Part shown: positions 46,877-56,606 of the stretch, one piece after another
Numbering within the stretch: position 1 is the stretch's first letter
Layout of the letters: each line of letters starts with the position of its first letter
NCBI GenBank assembly: GCA_902531245.1
Contig: CACADH010000001.1
Location: 18,490 to 82,489, forward strand
Reading direction: 5' to 3'
From: an uncultured SAR86 cluster bacterium
Lineage (GTDB): Bacteria; Pseudomonadota; Gammaproteobacteria; Magnimaribacterales; D2472
Length of the DNA stretch: 64,000 nucleotides
Program-made: the position numbers and the translations under genes
The notes under the pieces: generated by a model
What the model saw: the letters and a program-made list of their open reading frames with translations, nothing else
Databases searched by the model: none
Told to the model about the DNA's origin: nothing

Positions 46877-48625
46877 TCAATCATTTATGTCTCCTGAAGC
46901 CAAAGCATCAACTCTTCTAAAATCTCCATATCCATAGTATGTATCTTCTTTAAACATTATAGTTTGAAGGCATGTTAAAGGGAGAATTATTGATGTACTG
47001 TAGCCCATTTTTCTTAACTCAGCTTCGTCTTCACTATCTAATGAAAATTCAATTTCTAAAACATCTGGATACCATTGGTGATGGATTCTTTTAGCAAAAG
47101 TTGCCTCTTCTAAGTTCATATCAAAATCAACTATGTTAAGAATAGATTGAAGAACAGCTGATATTATTCTTGCTCCACCAGGACTTCCAGTTGTAAAAAA
47201 TAATTCATTATTTTTTAGAACTATTGTTGGGGTCATTGAACTTAAGGGCCTTTTATATGGAGCTATTTGATTTGCTTCTGCTCCAAGTAAATTGAATTGA
47301 TTTGGTATACCAGGAGCTGCTGAGAAATCATCCATTTCATTATTCATCAAAATACCGGTTCCTTTGATGACAACTTTTGAACCAAAAGTTGAATTTAGAG
47401 TGTATGTCATTGAAACCACGTTTCCATTTTTATCTACAACAGAAAAATGTGTTGTTTCATGACTTTCATTTTCTATAAACTTTCCTGGATAAATATCTTC
47501 TACTGATGCAGCTTTTCCAATTTCAATATTATTGCTTATTTCATTAGCATATTTTTTGCTAGTTACTTTTTTTATAGGCACATTATAAAAATCTGGATCA
47601 CCTAAATATTTTGACCTATCGGCATAAGCATATTTCATGGTTTCAGCTAGAAGATTTATATATTCTGATGAATTATGTTTTATTTTTTTTAGATTGAAGT
47701 TGTCTAGAATGTTTAACATTTGTATAACATGTAAACCTCCAGATGAAGGAGGACCCATAGTAATAATTTTAGTGTCTTTATAATCTGAGATAAGTGGTTC
47801 TCTCCAAACAGGATTATATTTTTTAAGGTCGGACTTAGATATTAACCCATCATTTTTCTTCATTTCACTGGATATTTTTTCAGCAATCTCACCTTCGTAA
47901 AACCCTTTCTTTCCTTTAGATGCAATAATTTTTAAAGTATTTGCTAGATCTTTTTGAACAAGAACTTTGTTTTTAAAATTTGGATATGCTTGTTGGAAAA
48001 TTTTTTTTGTTTCAGGAAATATAGATAACTCTTCGCTATATTCTAATAAAATATCTGCTAAAAAAGGAGTTATAGTAAATCCATTTTCAGCATAATAAAT
48101 TGCATCTTCTATCAATTGATTCCATGGCAATGAACCAAATTTCTGATGAACCTCCCACAAACCAGCAACTGTTCCAGGAACGCCACTAGCTAAATAACCA
48201 ACTGTTGAAAGATTTTGACTATTGAATGAACCATCTTCATTTAAATACATATCTTTTTTTGAAAGTTCAGGAGCTTTTTCTCTGAAATCTATTGAATATG
48301 GTTTTTGAGTTTGATTATCAAAAATAACCATAAAACCACCACCGCCAATGTTACCAGCTCTTGGTAAGACAACAGCTAAAGTAAAAGCAACCGCAATTGA
48401 TGCGTCATAAGCATTTCCACCATTATTAATGATTTTTTCACCAACTGCTGTAGCTAAGAAATGTTGAGTTGTCACCATACCATTTTTACTTATAGCTAAT
48501 TCTTTTTGAGCAGGCTCGTATCCGAATGTATCAAGATAAGCTATAGGATTTGTAGCTAAACTGTTTATTGATGCAAGTAATAAAATACAGATGTAAAAAA
48601 TATTTGCTTTACTTATAACTTTCAT
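46877..48625 (-). CDS. ggt: Gamma-glutamyltransferase
   Basis: HETTHFSVVDKNGNVVSMTYTLN contains the autoprocessing Thr. Also GPPSSGG and TGSPGGARI. The start is taken at the Met preceding the signal peptide (MKVISKANIF...). The 48664 start would overlap the upstream gene by 56 nt. Confidence 0.9.
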   Translation of the reverse strand: MKVISKANIFYICILLLASINSLATNPIAYLDTFGYEPAQKELAISKNGMVTTQHFLATAVGEKIINNGGNAYDASIAVAFTLAVVLPRAGNIGGGGFMVIFDNQTQKPYSIDFREKAPELSKKDMYLNEDGSFNSQNLSTVGYLASGVPGTVAGLWEVHQKFGSLPWNQLIEDAIYYAENGFTITPFLADILLEYSEELSIFPETKKIFQQAYPNFKNKVLVQKDLANTLKIIASKGKKGFYEGEIAEKISSEMKKNDGLISKSDLKKYNPVWREPLISDYKDTKIITMGPPSSGGLHVIQMLNILDNFNLKKIKHNSSEYINLLAETMKYAYADRSKYLGDPDFYNVPIKKVTSKKYANEISNNIEIGKAASVEDIYPGKFIENESHETTHFSVVDKNGNVVSMTYTLNSTFGSKVVIKGTGILMNNEMDDFSAAPGIPNQFNLLGAEANQIAPYKRPLSSMTPTIVLKNNELFFTTGSPGGARIISAVLQSILNIVDFDMNLEEATFAKRIHHQWYPDVLEIEFSLDSEDEAELRKMGYSTSIILPLTCLQTIMFKEDTYYGYGDFRRVDALASGDIND

Positions 48626-50228
48626 TAGCAATATTTTTTGCCCATTTGTAGTTTGCTTTTCCATTTGGAGCTCGTTCTACTCGATCTACAAATATTATTT
48701 TTTTTGGCAGCTTGTATCCTGCAATAAATGATCTCGTAGCTTCAACTAATGTATCTTGATTTACATCTTTATTTTCTTCAAGAGAAACAACAGCTACAAC
48801 TTTTTGACCAAATTTTTGATCGTCAACCCCAACCACAAGACAATCAAACACTTCCTTATTTCTTTTGATAGCTTCTTCTACTTCTTCTGGATATATTTTC
48901 TCTCCAGCAGAATTAATGCAATTACTTCCTCTGCCAAGAAGAGTAATTGTTCCATCTTCTTCTAATTTTGCATAATCACCTGGAAAACTATACCTAACCC
49001 CATTTACTTCTTTAAATGTTTCAGCAGATTTCTTTTCATCTTTATAGTAACCAACCGGAACAAGTCCGCTTGTACCAATAAGGCCTATTTTTTCAGACCC
49101 CGGTTCAAGAATCTCACCGTCATCTGCAATAATTATAACTCCAGGATTTATAGAAAATTTAGCAGTTTTAGGGGGGTTATCTCTTGTTGAGACTGAACTA
49201 CCCATGCCACCTTCTGTAGATCCCATGGTATCCATAAGTTGCATATCATGATGTTTTAATAAACCATTTTTAACTTCTTCACTCCACATAACTCCGCTAG
49301 AGATAATTACCTTAACGGAATTAAGATCATACGGTTTGCCCATTTCATTCGCTCTATCTAATGCATCTAACATAGGTTTTGCAAACGCGTCACCAACAAT
49401 TACTATATTTGTTGTTTTAGTATCTTCAACTTGAGTCCATAGTTGATCAGCATCAAATCCAAGATTTTTTGAAGTAATCGCGGTACCTCCGAGCAAGAGA
49501 GGTAAAAATGCACCCAGCCACATTCCAGTTCCATGCATAAGAGGGCATCCGACAAGACTTTTTATGAAAGTATTTTCTTTTTTAAAATTATGAATTTGTT
49601 CTTCAAGATTATTAATATCCTCTGGGACGTCATAGCCCATTGCTTTAAGAGTTCTAAAAAGAAAAACAAGAAATTCACCTTGTTTATACATAACACCTTT
49701 TGGCATTCCAGTTGTACCGCCCGTGTAAAGCATGTAAATAGTATTTGGATCTCTCTCTATTCTTTCCATTGGCTCACAATCATTTATTAATTTTTCAAAC
49801 TTAAGAGCGTCATCAAATTTTGATTCAGTTCCATCAGAAACTTCAATCCAAGCTTTTATATTTGGTAATGAGTCTGCTATTTCTTTAATTCTTGAACCAT
49901 AACATGCATGATAAAAAACAGCTTCAGAGTCTGAATTATCTAGAAGATAGATTAGCTCTTCTGCAACATATCTATAATTTACATTGATAGGAACGCCGCC
50001 AATTTTAAAAATAGCATTTTGTCCGATTAGATACTCATTAGAATTGTTAAGATATAGACCAACTTTTGAGTTTGCCGATAGCCCTGCATTAGATAAAGCA
50101 GTAGCGATTTTACTTGAATTTAAATCATAATCTTTCCAAGAAATAACTTCATCACCACATATCAAAGCGTCGTTTTCAGGAATGATATCTGAAATCATTT
50201 CCCATACAGATGCAAAATCTAAATTCAT
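48609..50228 (-). CDS. Acyl-CoA synthetase (AMP-forming, FadD-like)
   Basis: 539 aa with the AMP-binding motif YTGGTTGMPKG, plus GDYA and a C-terminal Lys region. Confidence 0.88.
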   Translation of the reverse strand: MNLDFASVWEMISDIIPENDALICGDEVISWKDYDLNSSKIATALSNAGLSANSKVGLYLNNSNEYLIGQNAIFKIGGVPINVNYRYVAEELIYLLDNSDSEAVFYHACYGSRIKEIADSLPNIKAWIEVSDGTESKFDDALKFEKLINDCEPMERIERDPNTIYMLYTGGTTGMPKGVMYKQGEFLVFLFRTLKAMGYDVPEDINNLEEQIHNFKKENTFIKSLVGCPLMHGTGMWLGAFLPLLLGGTAITSKNLGFDADQLWTQVEDTKTTNIVIVGDAFAKPMLDALDRANEMGKPYDLNSVKVIISSGVMWSEEVKNGLLKHHDMQLMDTMGSTEGGMGSSVSTRDNPPKTAKFSINPGVIIIADDGEILEPGSEKIGLIGTSGLVPVGYYKDEKKSAETFKEVNGVRYSFPGDYAKLEEDGTITLLGRGSNCINSAGEKIYPEEVEEAIKRNKEVFDCLVVGVDDQKFGQKVVAVVSLEENKDVNQDTLVEATRSFIAGYKLPKKIIFVDRVERAPNGKANYKWAKNIANESYK

Positions 50229-50331
50229 TTGTAGTCCCCTAAAATTTATATAGCGTTAATATATATAATAAATATAGTATCGTTATAATAATATTTATAA
50301 AAGTAAAAAAAACATTTTTAGTCAAGAGATC

Positions 50332-52014
50332 ATGAAAGACCCCAATAAATTATTTGATGAAATCACCTCAGAACTTACTTCTAAAGGTCAAATTTTTGAG
50401 ACTCGTGATGTAACCAATGATAAGGGAGTTAGTTATAAAGAGTATGTTTCGTTTCCTGACAATCTCAAAGGGTATTTTGATTTTGGATTATTGCATGGCG
50501 ATAAAGAATTTTTGGTATATGAATCTGAGCGTTTCACTTTTAATGAAACAATTTCAAAAGCAGCTCAAGTTGGAAACGCTTTAATTGCTGATGGAATTCA
50601 AAAAGGAGATAGAGTTGCTATTTGTATGCAAAATAATCCAGAATTTATTTTTAGTTATATGGGGATTGTAGGAATAGGTGCTGTTTGTGTCCCTTTAAAT
50701 TCATGGTGGGTAGCAGATGAAATAATTTATGCAATGGAGCACTGTGAGGCAAAAGTTTTATTTGGAGATCAAAAAAGATTAAAAGGACTTGATAACTTAA
50801 ATAATGTTAAAAAAATCATAACAAGCTATACCCCTGATGAAGCATTCTTGTCTTTTGATGATTTTATTAGTGATCATTCAGGTGAGTGGCCAAATATAGA
50901 GGTTTCAAGAGATGATCATGCAACTATTTATTACACCTCTGGTTCAACCGGTAAACCAAAAGGTGTATTGTCATCGCACCGTGGAGTTATATCTTCCATG
51001 TTTAGTTGGGCATGTATTTCAACTATTTTTAGCCAAAGAGAGGCTCGATTAGGCAAAGATGATACTCCTTTAGCAAGTTCCGAATCATCAATTCTCCTTT
51101 GTGTTCCCTTGTTTCATGCTACCGGAAGTCACGTAGCATTCCTGATGTCCATTCTTGTAGGAAGAAAGATTGTAATGATGAAAAAATGGGATGCTGGTGA
51201 TGCAATTAAATTAATTAGTGAGGAGAAGGTATCAGATATAACTGGTGTACCTACCCAAACTTGGGAATTACTTAATCATCCTGATAGAGATAACTATGAT
51301 TTATCTTCATTAAAAGTTCTTGGAGGAGGTGGGGGCCCAAGACCAGCAGAACATGTAAAAATGTTAGATGATAATTTTAAAGGTAGACCAGGAATAGGAT
51401 ACGGACTTACTGAAACAAATGCGTTAGGAACTTTAGGAAGTGGTGATGAGTATATTCAACATCCTTCTTCTGCAGGCAGGGTAATTCCACCATTAACTGA
51501 AATAAAAATTATTGACGATGATTGGAATGAATTGCCGGAAGGTAAAATTGGTGAAGTTGCAATCAAATCTCAATCAAACATGATCGGTTATTGGAAAAAT
51601 GATGAAGCAACAAATGAATGTATGAATGATGAAGGGTGGTTTAGATCTGGAGATATGGGTAAATTTGAAGGACCGTTTTTATATATAGTTGATCGAATCA
51701 AAGATATGGTTATTAGAGGAGGAGAAAACATTGCATGTCCAGAAGTAGAGAATGCTATATATGAACATCCTGATATTTTAGAAGCATGCGTGTTTGGAAT
51801 TCCTGATGAAAGGTTAGGCGAGATTTTATGTTCAGCTATTTTTCTTAGAGAAGAATCTGATTTAAATAAAGATGACTTAGTTGAGTTCTTATCTGATAAA
51901 TTAGCTGCTTTCAAAATTCCAGCAGTTATAAGATTCTTAGATTCCAACATACCTTTAGTTGCTTCTGGTAAATTTGATAAACCAGCTTTAAGAAAAATGT
52001 TTATTGATAAATAA
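50332..52014 (+). CDS. Long-chain-fatty-acid--CoA ligase-like AMP-binding enzyme
   Basis: 560 aa with YTSGSTGKPKGV, GYGLTET, and WFRSGDMG...DRIKDMVIRGGENI. Confidence 0.88.
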   Translation: MKDPNKLFDEITSELTSKGQIFETRDVTNDKGVSYKEYVSFPDNLKGYFDFGLLHGDKEFLVYESERFTFNETISKAAQVGNALIADGIQKGDRVAICMQNNPEFIFSYMGIVGIGAVCVPLNSWWVADEIIYAMEHCEAKVLFGDQKRLKGLDNLNNVKKIITSYTPDEAFLSFDDFISDHSGEWPNIEVSRDDHATIYYTSGSTGKPKGVLSSHRGVISSMFSWACISTIFSQREARLGKDDTPLASSESSILLCVPLFHATGSHVAFLMSILVGRKIVMMKKWDAGDAIKLISEEKVSDITGVPTQTWELLNHPDRDNYDLSSLKVLGGGGGPRPAEHVKMLDDNFKGRPGIGYGLTETNALGTLGSGDEYIQHPSSAGRVIPPLTEIKIIDDDWNELPEGKIGEVAIKSQSNMIGYWKNDEATNECMNDEGWFRSGDMGKFEGPFLYIVDRIKDMVIRGGENIACPEVENAIYEHPDILEACVFGIPDERLGEILCSAIFLREESDLNKDDLVEFLSDKLAAFKIPAVIRFLDSNIPLVASGKFDKPALRKMFIDK

Positions 52015-52079
52015 ATATTTTATTTTTCTCTTTAAAAAGCATCAAAAAAGAGTGAAAATGATAATCCGGTGCTTTATTT

Positions 52080-52772
52080 ATGAATGAGAATATACTAGTT
52101 ATTGAAGACGAACCAGATATTCGTAAGAACCTAGAATATAATTTAGGACGTGAAGGATTTAAAGTGTCAGCTGTTGGTTCTTTAAATGACGCTAATCAAA
52201 AAATAAATAATAATAACTTTGCATTAATAATTTTAGATTTAATGTTGCCTGATGGATCTGGATTAGATTTATGTAAACAGATAAAAAACAATACTCAGAC
52301 AGAAGCGATTCCAGTTATTATATTAACCGCAAAAGATGATGAAGTTGACAAACTTTTGGGCTTTGAGTTGGGTGCTGATGATTATGTCACTAAGCCTTTT
52401 AGTGTAAAAGAGTTAATCTTAAGAGTTAAAGCTGTTCTTAAAAGAGGGAATAAAAAGAAAGATCTCGTTGAGGTAGAAAGACAGTTTGGTGATTTAGTAA
52501 TTGATGTCGATTCACATGAGGTTCACGTAGACTCTGAACAAATAATACTTACAGCTCTTGAATTTCGTCTATTAAGAGAGCTTGTAGATAAACGAGGAAG
52601 AGTACAATCAAGAGATCAATTACTATCTGAAGTGTGGGGATATAATTCAGAGGTTACAACTAGAACAGTTGATACTCATATTAAAAGATTAAGAGAGAAG
52701 CTTGGCTCAATGGGTAAATATGTCCAAACCATAAGAGGTGTTGGATATAAATTTTCTAGAACTCCAGACTAA
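52080..52772 (+). CDS. OmpR/PhoB-family response regulator
   Basis: 230 aa with a receiver domain (DLMLPDGSG, LTAK) and a winged-helix output domain (LTALEFRLLREL...VDTHIKRLREKL...RGVGYKF). Confidence 0.9.
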   Translation: MNENILVIEDEPDIRKNLEYNLGREGFKVSAVGSLNDANQKINNNNFALIILDLMLPDGSGLDLCKQIKNNTQTEAIPVIILTAKDDEVDKLLGFELGADDYVTKPFSVKELILRVKAVLKRGNKKKDLVEVERQFGDLVIDVDSHEVHVDSEQIILTALEFRLLRELVDKRGRVQSRDQLLSEVWGYNSEVTTRTVDTHIKRLREKLGSMGKYVQTIRGVGYKFSRTPD

Positions 52773-52780
52773 GATAATGA

Positions 52781-54127
52781 ATGCTATTTAGATTTAGAAT
52801 ATTTATAGTAATATTAATATCAATAGTGATTGGTGTTCTTCTTTCATACCTAATAAGCAAAAACTCAGATCTCTCAATTTTATTACTAGTCCCTGCGATA
52901 TTAATAATGTCATTAATTATCTCTATGATTTTTAGTAATTTTACATATAAAAATATATCAACTTTAGAGGCTTTAACATCTCAGATCGCACAAGGAAGCA
53001 CAAAAAAGAAATTTATTAAGGCCTTAAGAAAAGATTCAGGCGAATTTGGTAATGTAGCTAAAGGTATTTCAGAAATATCAGAAAATTTAAAAAATAATAT
53101 TAATTTAATTGGTAAACAAAGAGATCAATTTGGTTCTGTTCTTGATGATCTAGGGGAGGGTATTGTTGTAACAAATAGTAAAGGAGATATAACATTTGAA
53201 AATGATCAATTCTCACAAATCCTTAATCTCAAAAGCCGACATGAAGATAATATAAAAGATCTAGGTATTAAATCTATTGAGTATCTGTACAGAAGATCAA
53301 AAAAGAAAAAAAAAGCAGATATAGAATTTGAAATTCAATTGAATGATAATTCTACTAGGTGGGTCTTAGCAACTATAAATCAAAGCAAGAATACAAGAGA
53401 AAATATTTTAGTAGTTCATGATATTACTCAATTAAGAAGCTTGGATTCTATGCGAAGGGACTTTATTTCAAATTTATCACATGAATTAAGGACTCCAGTT
53501 AGTGTCATTAGAGCAAATTCAGAAACTCTAATTGATGGAGCTTTAGAAGATAAGATACAAGGAAGAATTTTTGCAAAGGCAATATTGCATAATGCTGAAA
53601 GATTAACAGACATGGTTTCATCATTACTTGACTTATCAAGAATAGAATATGGGGAATTAAAGTTAAACTTTGAAGAAATTAATTTAAATTCATTTATTGA
53701 AAAGTATATTCAATCCGTTAGTAATCTCTCAAAAAAGAATGGAATTAAAATCATTTTTAAATCAAATCATAAAGGAACTATTAGTGCTGACCTCCAAGCT
53801 ATTGAAAGAATTATGGATAATTTAATAGATAATGCTATTAAGTATTCTGAAAAAGGATCAAAAATAACCATATCAACTGTAAATGATTCTGATGGTTATA
53901 TTAAAGTAATGATCAAAGATAATGGCGAAGGAATTGCAGATGAAGATATAAATCATATTTTTAGTAGATTTTACAGAACAGCATCTGCCAGAGCTACTGA
54001 AAATCAAGGCAGTGGTTTAGGGCTAGCTATAGTAAAACACCTTGTAAATAGTTTGAATGGAGAGGTAGGAATTGAATCTCAACCTCAAAAAGGCTCCACT
54101 TTTTGGTTTACAGTCCCTTGTGTATAA
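52781..54127 (+). CDS. Sensor histidine kinase (PhoR/EnvZ-like architecture)
   Basis: 448 aa with two N-terminal TM helices, a PAS-like segment, the H-box SNLSHELRTP, the N-box DNLIDNAIKYS and the G-boxes DNGEGI / GSGLGLAIV. Confidence 0.88.
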   Translation: MLFRFRIFIVILISIVIGVLLSYLISKNSDLSILLLVPAILIMSLIISMIFSNFTYKNISTLEALTSQIAQGSTKKKFIKALRKDSGEFGNVAKGISEISENLKNNINLIGKQRDQFGSVLDDLGEGIVVTNSKGDITFENDQFSQILNLKSRHEDNIKDLGIKSIEYLYRRSKKKKKADIEFEIQLNDNSTRWVLATINQSKNTRENILVVHDITQLRSLDSMRRDFISNLSHELRTPVSVIRANSETLIDGALEDKIQGRIFAKAILHNAERLTDMVSSLLDLSRIEYGELKLNFEEINLNSFIEKYIQSVSNLSKKNGIKIIFKSNHKGTISADLQAIERIMDNLIDNAIKYSEKGSKITISTVNDSDGYIKVMIKDNGEGIADEDINHIFSRFYRTASARATENQGSGLGLAIVKHLVNSLNGEVGIESQPQKGSTFWFTVPCV

Positions 54128-54133
54128 ACCCTT

Positions 54134-54156
54134 AAACCTTTACTTTTAAAGGTTTT
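54134..54156 (+). terminator. Weak intrinsic terminator candidate after the kinase gene
   Basis: AAACCTTTA-cttt-TAAAGGTTT hairpin with only a short T tail. Confidence 0.35.
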
Positions 54157-54181
54157 CATAATAAAATGTCACACAAATGAC

Positions 54182-54202
54182 ACATTTATGTTACATAAAT
54201 GT
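54182..54202. promoter_or_regulatory. 21-bp perfect palindrome ACATTTATGT-T-ACATAAATGT, a candidate operator upstream of the gsp operon
   Basis: The 10-bp arms are exact reverse complements. It lies in the 230-bp gap between the kinase gene and gspC. Confidence 0.35.
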
Positions 54203-54357
54203 ATTAATTTGGAGAAACTTATGATTTCATCTTTTTGGAAAAAATTTCATATCTTTATGAAATCCGGAAGACTTACTAAAGTTATAAAGTTATCTGGTAT
54301 TAAGCAATAAATATCTGTTGTCCTAAAAAATGAGCTAAAATAATTGCTCATTCAATT

Positions 54358-54762
54358 ATGGACTTTATAAGGATTAAAAAGATTATTATCTTGGCACTAG
54401 CCCTGCCTGTTTTGTATTTTTCTGTCTCAAATATAAATACTTTTATCAATCAACCTGATATCAAAAAAATAACCATACCCGATATGACTGATTTTTCATT
54501 TAATCCTAATGAAAACCAAATAAATAATAATTCAAATAACATTAAGAGTATCGCTTCTTTTGAATATAAACTCATAGGATATAGATCAGGAGACACAGAC
54601 TCGTCAGTTATTCTTAAAAAGGGAAATAAAGAATTTGTTGTTGCTAAAGGTGAAAAACTTGAGGGTATTTACGAATTAGTTGAAGTAAATAAAGATGAAG
54701 TTATATTTCGTAACCAAGAAAAATTATATAAAATTGAGAATCTTGTTGGAAATAACTTATGA
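54358..54762 (+). CDS. gspC: Type II secretion system protein GspC (short form, no PDZ domain)
   Basis: 134 aa with an N-terminal TM helix and an HR-like segment YKLIGYRSG..SSVILKKGNKEFVVAKGEKLEGIYELVEVNKDEVIF. It is the first gene of the gsp operon and overlaps gspD by ATGA. Confidence 0.65.
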   Translation: MDFIRIKKIIILALALPVLYFSVSNINTFINQPDIKKITIPDMTDFSFNPNENQINNNSNNIKSIASFEYKLIGYRSGDTDSSVILKKGNKEFVVAKGEKLEGIYELVEVNKDEVIFRNQEKLYKIENLVGNNL

Positions 54763-56603
54763 TTAATAACAGATTCAAAACTCTTGCTCTTACACTAATA
54801 TTAATTAGCAATGTTACTGCACAAGATTCATTTATATTGAATTATGAAGATGTAGATATTAAAAAAGTTACGCAAGATATTGCTCAATTTTCAAAGAAGA
54901 CAATTATCTTGGATCCAAGAGTTAAAGGAAAGATTACAATTTATTCAAATGCAAACCTTGATAGAAAACAAGTTTGGGATGTTTATTTAAGAACTATTCA
55001 AGTCAATGGATTTAGTACTATTTCTGAAGATGGATTTTTAAGAGTAGTTCCAGAAAACGAAGCTACAAGAGATAAAACAGAAGATTATTCAGATGGAGGA
55101 TTTGAAACAGCAGTTATCCCATTAATAAATAGATCTACTGAGGAAATTCTTCCTATGATTAAGCCTATTACAGGAAGACAGTCTCATTTATCTAATATTT
55201 CTTCTATAAATTCTATATTACTTGTTGATAGAGCTAGTAATGTTAAGAGAATTAGAAATTTGCTTAATGATTTAGATAAAAATAATACTGCTAAAATTTC
55301 AATAATTAAACTTAATAATCTTTCTTCAATAGAAGGAGTAAGGATTTTGGATAGATTAAAATCTCAAAATAATCCTACAATTAACCAGTTTGTAGCTATA
55401 CCTTTTACTCCATCAAACTCAATAATATTATCAGCAAATGATTTGATTACTCAAAATATTGAATCAACTTTAAGATCCCTTGATAATGATATAACGTCGA
55501 ATGATTCATTAGATGTAATTTATTTAAAATATGCTCAAGCTGCAGATATAGCAGCAATTTTAAATTCTATCTCAGGAAGTTTTATCAGTGATGCTGAAGG
55601 ACAGCAGACTGCAATTACTTATCACGAAAAAACAAATTCACTAATTATTTCCTCAGCTGAAGATAATCTTAATTCGATTAGAAATATTATCTCAAAACTA
55701 GATATTAGAAGAGCTCAAGTTCTTGTTGAAGCAATTGTCGTTGATCTCTCAGAGAATGCAGCAAGAAGGCTAGGTGTTGAGGCTATTTACTCTGGCAATG
55801 ATGAGGATAGTATTCCTGTTGGAATTACAAGATTTTCAGGCACTGGTGCAGATTTACTTGCAATCGCAGGTGCTGCCGATGATGAACAAGATGTTACATT
55901 AACAACTACTGCAATATCATCTCTTTTAAATACACAGGGACTTGTTGCTGGATTTGGTGACTTAACAAAAGGAAAGGATAATTTTGTAGGCATATTAAAT
56001 GCAATAGCAGATGATACAGATTCAAATATTCTTTCTACTCCTTCAATTCTTGCAATGGATAATGAGCCTGCACGACTCTTCATAGGTCAAGAAATTCCAA
56101 TCACTACTGGTGAGAGCCTTGGTACAAATAACTCTAACCCATTCAGAACGACATCGAGACAGGAAGTTGGTATAGAGTTAGAAATCACTCCTCAAATTAA
56201 TGAAGGAGCCTCTGTTATATTGAATATTAAACAAGGTGTATCTGGTATCGCTGGCGTCGCTCAATCAGGATTAGATGTTATTACAAATAAAAGAGAGATA
56301 GAAACAACGGTACTTGTAGATAACAACCAAATAATTGTATTGGGTGGCCTTATAGATGAGGATAATCAAGAGGTTATATCTAAGGTACCAGTATTAGGAT
56401 CCATACCTCTTTTAGGTAGGCTTTTTCAATCATCATCTACAAGCACTAGCACTAAAAATTTAATGGTTTTTTTAAAACCGACAATTCTTAATGATTCCGA
56501 TAGTACAAATCAAATATCTTTAGAAAAATATAACTACTTCAAAGCTGAACAAGAAATCAAAAATAAAAAATCTATTATTGATCTTACTAAACCAAAAGAA
56601 TAA
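54759..56603 (+). CDS. gspD: Type II secretion system secretin GspD
   Basis: 614 aa with N0-N3 domains and the secretin core VLVEAIVVDL...ILSTPSILAMDNEPA...VPVLGSIPLLGRLF. Confidence 0.93.
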   Translation: MINNRFKTLALTLILISNVTAQDSFILNYEDVDIKKVTQDIAQFSKKTIILDPRVKGKITIYSNANLDRKQVWDVYLRTIQVNGFSTISEDGFLRVVPENEATRDKTEDYSDGGFETAVIPLINRSTEEILPMIKPITGRQSHLSNISSINSILLVDRASNVKRIRNLLNDLDKNNTAKISIIKLNNLSSIEGVRILDRLKSQNNPTINQFVAIPFTPSNSIILSANDLITQNIESTLRSLDNDITSNDSLDVIYLKYAQAADIAAILNSISGSFISDAEGQQTAITYHEKTNSLIISSAEDNLNSIRNIISKLDIRRAQVLVEAIVVDLSENAARRLGVEAIYSGNDEDSIPVGITRFSGTGADLLAIAGAADDEQDVTLTTTAISSLLNTQGLVAGFGDLTKGKDNFVGILNAIADDTDSNILSTPSILAMDNEPARLFIGQEIPITTGESLGTNNSNPFRTTSRQEVGIELEITPQINEGASVILNIKQGVSGIAGVAQSGLDVITNKREIETTVLVDNNQIIVLGGLIDEDNQEVISKVPVLGSIPLLGRLFQSSSTSTSTKNLMVFLKPTILNDSDSTNQISLEKYNYFKAEQEIKNKKSIIDLTKPKE

Positions 56604-56606
56604 GCA

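Noticed and set aside
48609-48664. 56-nt same-strand overlap between the acyl-CoA synthetase 3-prime end and the longest GGT ORF
   Set aside because: This is most simply a start-site artefact. The Met at 48625 immediately precedes the GGT signal peptide and reduces the overlap to 17 nt. There is no evidence for programmed recoding.
54221-54310. The 29-codon ORF upstream of gspC called as a gene
   Set aside because: It has a good RBS but no recognisable homology, it is very short, and it sits in AT-rich DNA where such ORFs arise by chance. I kept it only as a low-interest note and did not annotate it.
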